Shown here: in pieces, positions 55,996-64,000 of the stretch
How positions within the stretch are numbered: position 1 is the first letter of the stretch
How the letters are laid out: each line of letters opens with the position of its first letter
Assembly (NCBI RefSeq): GCF_006345805.1
Contig: NC_042998.1
Coordinates: forward strand, 72,974,001 to 73,038,000
Source of the DNA: Octopus sinensis
Taxonomy: Eukaryota
DNA: 64,000 nucleotides
Direction of reading: 5' to 3'
Program-made: the position numbers and the translations under genes
Notes under the pieces: generated by a model
What the model was told of the DNA's origin: nothing
Databases searched by the model: none
The model's input: only the letters and a program-made list of their open reading frames with translations

Positions 55996-56764
55996 ATGTA
56001 TATATATGTATGCATGTAAGTACTTACGTACTGATACTTGGATACAAAGCTACATATACATAAACAGATGACCTACGAAGGAAACATTGAATGTATCTTG
56101 ATATCTGCATATAACGTATCGGTCAAAGATTAAGAAAAGTTTTACATGATGACACTAGTAAAAGAAATTAATAACCATGCAACAGAAGCTATTACTAAAG
56201 AGAACTAACACTGAGAAGTTTTCGTTAAAATGTGCTGGTTTAATATTACTTATATAGTAGTTTCATCTAATAATTAAGTGCTAAACAAAATTCACGTAGT
56301 CGACGAAACGGCGGGAGGAAAAACAATTCTGCTTGGCTCATTGCCATTAGTTTTTCGTAGAGGGGAATCTTGGGAAACATACGATATCCTCAAATACTAG
56401 TAGAAGAAACTACTGAATGTGGATAGAAAGTAATAAATAAATGGATATGGGTATTTTATTTGTATACTGAAGAAGTTTTCTATTAATCATAGGAGCCAAA
56501 TTCTTGGAGGTTAAATGTCGAGCAACTGGGTATTTTCTTACATGGTTTCATGTAGAGCGTCACAAGTACATGTGTATGTGTGTAACAGTGTGCATATATG
56601 CTTGAGTGAATTAGTATGTATGTGTTTTTGTGCAAGTATGTTTATGTGCATGAATATATGAAGAATTATATATGATCTACGCATGTGCATAGATAGGAGC
56701 ACTTTAAACTGCATGTTGATTCCTATCTCTCGCTTACTCTTTATCCCTTTCTTAATCTCTCTCT

Positions 56765-56795
<31 letters not shown>

Positions 56796-57197
56796 ACCTG
56801 AATATATGTCTGTGCGTCTGTGTGTAGTTTACGTGTGTATATGCATGCGTGTGTGTATGTTTGTGCATTGCAACATAGTTACCGCCAATTATTGTAGTAT
56901 TACCATTATTTATGACCATACTTGTTTGCACTATAACCGCGTAGTATCAATAAAGTATATAACGAAGTATGGTAACAACGATGTAGCAATCCAACAAACT
57001 CTCCACGAAATATACACGAACCAACAAATGATATTCTGACAAACCAACAAAATAACAACTTACGACTTCTTGCGATAAACTCTCCGTCTCACGCGGACCT
57101 GTTCCATTTAGAATTGTACCGTGAAGTCTATTCTCCCAAGGAGTGTCGTGATTCTCGCCACAACAATATGTATGTATGCATGCATGTGTGTGTGTAT

Positions 57198-57330
57198 GTG
57201 TGGCTGTGTGGTAAGAAGGTTGCTTTCTAACCACATCGCTCCGGTTTCAGTCCTACTGTGTGGCACCTTGGCAAGTCTTCTCTTATAGCTTCGAGCTGAA
57301 CATTTCCTTGTGAGTGGATTTGTCCATCAG
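57198..57330 (+). mobile_element. CORE-type SINE 5' part
   Basis: GTGGCTGTGTGGTAAGAAG..GGCACCTTGGCAAGT..CCTTGTGAGTGGATTTG. Confidence 0.75.
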
Positions 57331-57530
57331 ATTCACCAGTGCAAATTTATATCCAGCTGTGCTGTCTTTCATAAAGACAATTGTCTGGTGTTTGATGTTG
57401 ACAATAGACATTTTTAGTCAGTCACATATACTCTAAGTCGTTCTAGACGTAGACAAATTGTCTAACCATAAAAGGGCAAAATTTTGCTGAATCTGGCAAG
57501 AAAGATAATTTCTCTCTCTCTCTCTCTCTA

Positions 57531-57600
<70 letters not shown>

Positions 57601-57913
57601 CACATATATATATGCACACACATACATAATTTCGTAAATACATAGATACACGCATACACACACAATCACAAACACATACACGCACATAGGTAACTTCTAA
57701 AACGCCGAAGAAAGGAGAGAAAGTTGGTGTGAGGTATCCGTAGCTTTAAGAAGAGAGGTGTAGATGGCTTTTCTGCCGTACATCTCGAAGAAACGTTCGC
57801 GCACAGACACAAACTCAAATATACATATATGTACATATGTACATACGTGTATATGTCTAATATACACCATTTTAAACTTGTGATTACCGATGTAAACGTT
57901 TGTAAATAAGTGT

Positions 57914-57951
<38 letters not shown>

Positions 57952-58589
57952 CGTTCTATAACTGTCTGTGTCTCCACTTTTGTAGGGTCTTCACTGTTGT
58001 CACATATTGCGCGATTTTAAAATGATGGCAAAATTTTCGTATCTGGCATATTGAAATAATTTGTTAAGTTAAATCCGATGTTTTGATTATTTGTTCCAGA
58101 ATAATTGCAGAATAAATTTGCTTAGATTTGCAGTTTAATTAATTTCACCAAATCAGAAACGAGATTTAGAAGTTGGCATTTTCTGCATGATAGCCGTCTA
58201 TCACAAAATGAAATCAAAATCATTAGGAAGAAGAATGGTTATTAAACAAAGGAAAGCAAAGTTGTAAGAACCACTAGAGTTTTAACAAGTTTTAATAAAT
58301 AAAGACATGTGAAAAGGTCGAACAGACATGAAATTAATTTCAAAAGGAAAAATATCCTATATACAAAACGCCCCCGCCCCGTCCAATGGACGGTGCTGAG
58401 TTGTCAAACATTTAGACCAAATATTCTCAAAATAACTTGTCCGACCGTCTCATAGGCCTCCCCTTTGAGAAACACTGATTTAACCTAAATTTAAGAATCC
58501 GTGCATTTTTCACGCGTATGTGTAGTATCGATCGCAACAGCTGCTGTACTTGCGCGTACAAATGCACGTTCCTACAGCTTTATCGATCG

Positions 58590-58709
58590 CATCCTCACCT
58601 GGAATAGATTTTTGTAATTTTGTCAAGACTTATACACACCCTGATATCGTCGGTATCTACATATCAAATTTGAGCGCAATCGGATGGAGGATGCCCGAGA
58701 TCCTAGAAG

Positions 58710-58741
<32 letters not shown>

Positions 58742-58775
58742 CAGATTTTATATTATGTTATATATATATATATAT
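58590..58775 (+). mobile_element. Possible non-autonomous Helitron/Helentron-like 3' segment
   Basis: CAAATTTGAGCGCAATCGGATG..GAGATC followed by (CA)n and TTTTATAT resembles the layout of DINE-1-like ends; weak evidence. Confidence 0.3.
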
Positions 58776-58998
58776 ACATATTTCACTTTTGGATTTGGTT
58801 TGCAAGACACTATGTGCGTTCGTGTATTGAAGCATATTCTATTGTGTCTGGAGAGAGTCGTTTTGTTTTTGTGTCTCAAAATTTAACACAACAAAAAGTT
58901 TTAGGAACATAAAAATAAGAAATAATTGGAAATTTTACCGGTGAGTGTGTTAAATTATAAGGCACTAAAAGAAAATGACTCTCCCCAGAGACAATAGT

Positions 58999-59164
<166 letters not shown>

Positions 59165-59169
59165 ATATA

Positions 59170-59211
<42 letters not shown>

Positions 59212-59240
59212 ATATATATATATATTATATATATATATAT

Positions 59241-59453
59241 TCAAAATGTAACCACATGTGAATCGTTGGCGATTTGTTTTCCTCCGTCTTCCTTGTCTCT
59301 TCGTCTTTCCTCCGTCTCTTGATTCTGACGAAGAGCTTCCTCGAAGTGCAAAACTACCTATCTTTCCTTCCCGGAGCGTCTGCTAATACCACATCCTCGC
59401 GTTGATGTTTTATATTTTCTTGTGTTTGTTCTTCGTCTTTTCGGGGGATTTAC
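59241..59453 (+). mobile_element. Solo PLE terminal-repeat-like module with decayed hammerhead
   Basis: CTGACGA-A-GAG CTTC CTC-GAAG at 59325; similar to the reverse complement of 43190-43394; (TA)n on both sides. Confidence 0.65.
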
Positions 59454-59473
59454 TATATATATATACTTTCTCA

Positions 59474-59535
<62 letters not shown>

Positions 59536-59734
59536 TATACGCACACACACATACACACACTCATACATAAGCAAAAATACTGGTTGTATAATCTCTCTTA
59601 CAGATCAAAGCAGTAGATATACTGACAAGCAAAATTCATGGCCACTTTAACATGGCCGTCCGTTCGAGCGATTTTTTTACTCCAAAAGGACATCTCCTCT
59701 AGCTAGTTGGACAAGCGGACATATCCTCTAGCAT

Positions 59735-61020
59735 GTGTGTACCACTCTTTCTATGTCAGCATGTATTTGCTTCTCTCTCTCTCTCTCTACCTATCTATCT
59801 TTCTCTCTCTCTCCTTGTATATGCATGTGTGTGTTTGTGTGTGCGTGTGTGGACATGTATGTGTATATGCGTGTGAGTGAGTATGGAAGTGTATGTACGA
59901 ATTTGTGTGTACGTGTATGTGCGTGTTGTCTGAGTGGAACTATATGTACGTTCCTAAGTGTATCTGTGTCTGTGTGTGTACCTGTGTGTGCGTGTATGTG
60001 ACTATGTATATGTATGTGTGCGGGCATATATATGATTGTGTGCGTGCGTATCTGCGTGTGTACGTATGTGTATGCTTGTGTGTATGTGTGTGCATGTATG
60101 TGTTTATGTATATGCATGTGTGTGCATGTATGTGTGTGTTGAGTGCTTTGAGCTATATATGTGCGTTCATGATTGTGTGCGTGCATGTCTGCGTGCTTGT
60201 TTGTTCGTGTGTGTATGTGTGTGCGTGTATGTAGGTGTGTGTATGTATGTGTGCGTATCTGTATGCAAGCGTGTGTGTGTTTGCGTGCGCTATGTACGTG
60301 TGTATGTATGTGTGTGCATGTTTGTGTGTACGTACGCGTGTGTATGTATGTGTATGTATGTAAGTCTTTGCTGTGTGTGTGTTGTGCATGTGGAGGTATG
60401 TCTGGGTTCGTGTGAGTGTGAGTGTGTGCGTGTATGTTCGTGCATGTATGTGTCTGTTGGGTGTGTGTTGTGTGTGCGGACGTACATGTACGTTCGTGTG
60501 TGTGTGCGTGTATGTGGTTGTGCACACATACATACACACACCTACATACAGGCACACACATACACACACGAACAAACAAGCACGCAGACATGCACGCACA
60601 TACACACAAGCATACACATACGTACACACACGCGCAGATACGCACGCACACAATCATATATATGCACGCACACATACATATACATAGTCTGCGTGCATGT
60701 GTGTATTTTTACGTGTGTGAGAGGTAGAGAGGTGTGAGCTGGAGTGTGGGCACGTTATCTGAAGGGTGTGTCAATGGGTGGGAGTGGCTGTGTGAATGGC
60801 TGAGGCTGGTGGCGGTGGTGTGAGTGTGTGCGTTGGCATGTATGCATCGACAGAGTGGAAATTTGTATATGTGCGTGTGTGCAGGTGTATGTGTGTCTGT
60901 GTGTGTTTATCTTCATGTGTCATTGTGTCGTGTGTTCTCTCACTGTATAAATGTGTGTGTGTACCTATCTCTGTGTGCCACTCTGTTGCGCGCGTGTGTG
61001 TGTGGCAGCGTATGTAAATG
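59735..61020. repeat. Cryptic (TG/TATG)-based compound satellite with an internal inverted segment
   Basis: Directly visible; 60520-60690 switches to CA-rich. Source of the CV/HT ORFs. Confidence 0.9.
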
Positions 61021-61051
61021 CGGGTTTATTAGTATATATATGTGTGCGTTA

Positions 61052-61215
61052 TACGACGGGCTTCTTTCAGTTTCCGTCTACGAAATCCACTCACAAGGCT
61101 TTCGTCGGCCCGAGGCTATAGTAGAAGACACTTGCCCAAGGTTCAACGCAGTGGGACTAAACCCGAAATCATGGGGTTAGTGAGCAAGTTCTTATCACAT
61201 AGCTATTCCTATATG
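61052..61215 (-). mobile_element. CORE-type SINE 5' part
   Basis: ACGGGCTTCTTTCAGTTTCCGTCTAC..CACTTGCCCAAGG..GGGACTAAACCC. Confidence 0.85.
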
Positions 61216-61617
61216 TATTCACGTATGTGTGTGTGTGTGTGTGTGGTGTGTGTGTGTGTGTGTGTTAAAAATGTTTAAACTGGTCCTGCATCCAATGTCT
61301 TTCTGCCAATATGCCTTCTATCATCAACTCGTTTTCCTAGACTTTGTTTCAAATACATATTCCTCAGCCCATTTCTGATATGTATGGCAACTACTTACTA
61401 GAAAAGACTATTATGTATTATCTTTGTATGTAAATTGTTTCGATAGTGGAGTGTGCGATCTAACCGATATGCATAGAAAGTTTAAAGATAATATTGGAAA
61501 AAGTGCTAACGTTTTTATCCAAGTGTAGTATAAGAACTAAGGTTATTAATCTACATCAAGAAGATTGATGTGGCAGACTTGACAGAGGTTCAGGACTAAA
61601 TTAAATGGATGCTAAAC

Positions 61618-61875
61618 AAACAATGGATGGCTAAACAAAAATCAAATAGTGTTGGATTTTCATATCAGCTTGGGGCTTTATTTTCAATTATATCAATCTA
61701 CAGATTGTTCTGGATGCCAGTACCTTTTATCATTCAGCAAGCAACAATGGATTGTTTAGCAAAAATCAAATACTTTGGGATTTTTATATCAGCTTGGCGG
61801 GGTGGTGTTGTTTTCAATTATATCAATCTAGAGATTGTTCCGAACGTCACTATCTTTTATCATTTAGCAAGCAAT
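61618..61875. repeat. Diverged ~125 bp tandem duplication
   Basis: AACAATGGAT..CAAAAATCAAATA..ATATCAGCTTGG..TTTTCAATTATATCAATCTA..CTTTTATCATT..AGCAAGC occurs twice. Confidence 0.85.
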
Positions 61876-64000
61876 TTAAAATTTAAAGCTTTCAATAATA
61901 TCTCTGAATACCCTTCTATGATATTTTAATTGAAGGGAAACTTGTATTTTGGAAATATCCATTGAATTTGATAATTTCTGTTACAGCTATTATATAAATA
62001 AATGACTTTTGAATATATTTCAGATGGAAAATAACATTCTAATAAATAATTGATTCAGGAATAAAATGAAAATAGAGTATTTATTTCAATATTAGAATTG
62101 TAGAGATTGTTTTATATTTCTATTCACATTTACATTAAAGAATCAAAACACTCTACTACTTCTTAAAGTAGAGATAACAAACTATATAAAATGGCTTCAA
62201 TTGAATCTGGTAAATATAATATATTACCAAAACATCATATAATCAATTGGACAGCTTCGCTTTACAATATACTGAAGAAAAATGATAATTTACTAGTTTT
62301 CTGTTGGATGTGTTCATATCAATGTAAGAAAAAAGAAATGAAAGAAATGAAACCAAAATGAAGGAAGAGAGGTGTGTTAGGGGTCATATTACGGGGAAGT
62401 AGCAATTTAATCTTGCTTTCTTCCAATAATTATTTTTTCCATTCTATTTTGGACGAAAACCAAATCATTGAGATACGTAAATGGTTAGAGGTTATGGAGA
62501 TCATCTATCGACATTTGAAAAAATATATCAGTTTGTGCACACAGTTAGTCACAAACTCACGCACGCACGCACGCATGCAGACTCACACATATATTTGCTA
62601 ACATTAAATAATACACGTTCGAATTAATACCAGGTTGTAACATAGAAAAATAGAAAAAGGAAGAGAGAGAGAGCCAGATATATAGTGAAAGATATGTAAA
62701 GATATATATATATATATACATATGTGTATCTATGTACGTATGTATGTTTATATATATGTTTGCGTGTATGTATGTATGCATATATAGAGAAAGATACATA
62801 TATACATAAACATATACATATTCATACTTATATATTAACATATATGCATGTAAATAGAGCTATACAAATGTGTGCGTTAGTAAGGTTGTGTGTGAATATG
62901 TATTGATTTAATAATATATCTTTAATAAGCTAGTGCATGTCTGAGTATTCATTTTATTTTTTGAACATTCGCTGTTTTTCAAATGATTACTAGTGTTCTG
63001 CCGAGTTTACTTAAAGCTGCCAATGGTATGATTGCTGTTGTTTTATTTTTGTAAAGAAATATTTTGATTAGGGTGAGGAGTAAAAAAAATCTCTTCAACC
63101 TGAATGTAAAATTAAGCATAAAATACACAAACGAAATAAAATCGGATTCGAACCAGCAATGTATAAGAAAATAACATCTGATCTGACTGCGACAGAGATC
63201 ACAGAAACCTGTTTTGGGATTTAATCTAGAGTTATATTAAATAAGATTCTAGTGTTCCAAATCTGTTTGCTGGCATTTACATCTGGTGATACACTGCCAT
63301 ATAATTATGGGAAAACTTTGAAAGGAACTTGAGATAGAGAAGTTCAAAGTACATTCAGGTTTTAATAAAACTTATATGTCAAAGAAAAATAGTTGAAATG
63401 TATTTCATAATATTCTATACCATATGCTTTCACTCTTTTGTAAAATACAAATGTCAGAATATGGGTAACCTCGGTATTGGTTTCATTTATTTTATAATAA
63501 GATTCCATTGGATAATTCAGAGAATTACATGACCCTTCTTTCACTGAAAGTATCAAATACCGAGAATACAACGTGCAATGATCCAAAGACAACGAATGTG
63601 AAATTTGTAACTAAGTGTCATCTATAAATTCTTTTCTTGAGAACCTTCTAAGAACTTGGAAAATATCAAAATACCGTGAATAAGGATGATTTCTAATATA
63701 GCAATACCTGGACCGTGGGTTGGCCTAAATGTTTGAGTGACAGACTCAAATAATTTGGAGAATTTAGTTGTGTTAGTTGTTCGTATACCACCGAAGTCGA
63801 TATTTATTTCTCTCTTTCTCTGAGTGGATACAATATTTACAAGTTATTGACTTTTGGTAGATACGATGAAATATCTCTCCCCATTCCCAAAATTACGTCA
63901 GTAATTGATAACATGTTACGTATTAACTGGCTTATTCAAAATAAGCCAGACACGTTCTGATTTAACGTTTTCTACAGTTTTCTAGAATATTCTGAATGTA

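Noticed and set aside
56290-56312. GTCGACGAAAC resembling miR-981
   Set aside because: The seed region differs and I see no flanking hairpin.
61335-61375. Minus-strand CTGAGGA..GAAACAAAGTC hammerhead-like string
   Set aside because: Neither stem I nor stem II pairs; no PLE or (TA)n context.

Overview
AT-rich eukaryotic genomic DNA with very dense (TA)n/(CA)n/(GATA)n microsatellites and tRNA-derived SINEs. The repeat landscape resembles an octopod cephalopod (inference, not verified). I find no confidently identifiable host protein-coding gene, so the window looks intergenic or deep-intronic and is built almost entirely from nested mobile elements. These include a decayed hAT transposase with a CR1 insertion, RTE and CR1 LINEs, a mariner remnant, an R2/R4-type endonuclease fragment, SINEs, MITE/foldback hairpins, and about a dozen Penelope-like element (PLE) segments, one with a nearly intact RT + GIY-YIG ORF. 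The most notable signal is a set of type I hammerhead ribozyme motifs at the ends of several different PLE-derived modules flanked by (TA)n. Three have an intact catalytic core (14942+, 38912+, 52251-), several are decayed, and some carry an unusually long stem II. Most long ORFs in the track are microsatellite artefacts. All alignments were done by eye, so element boundaries are approximate.
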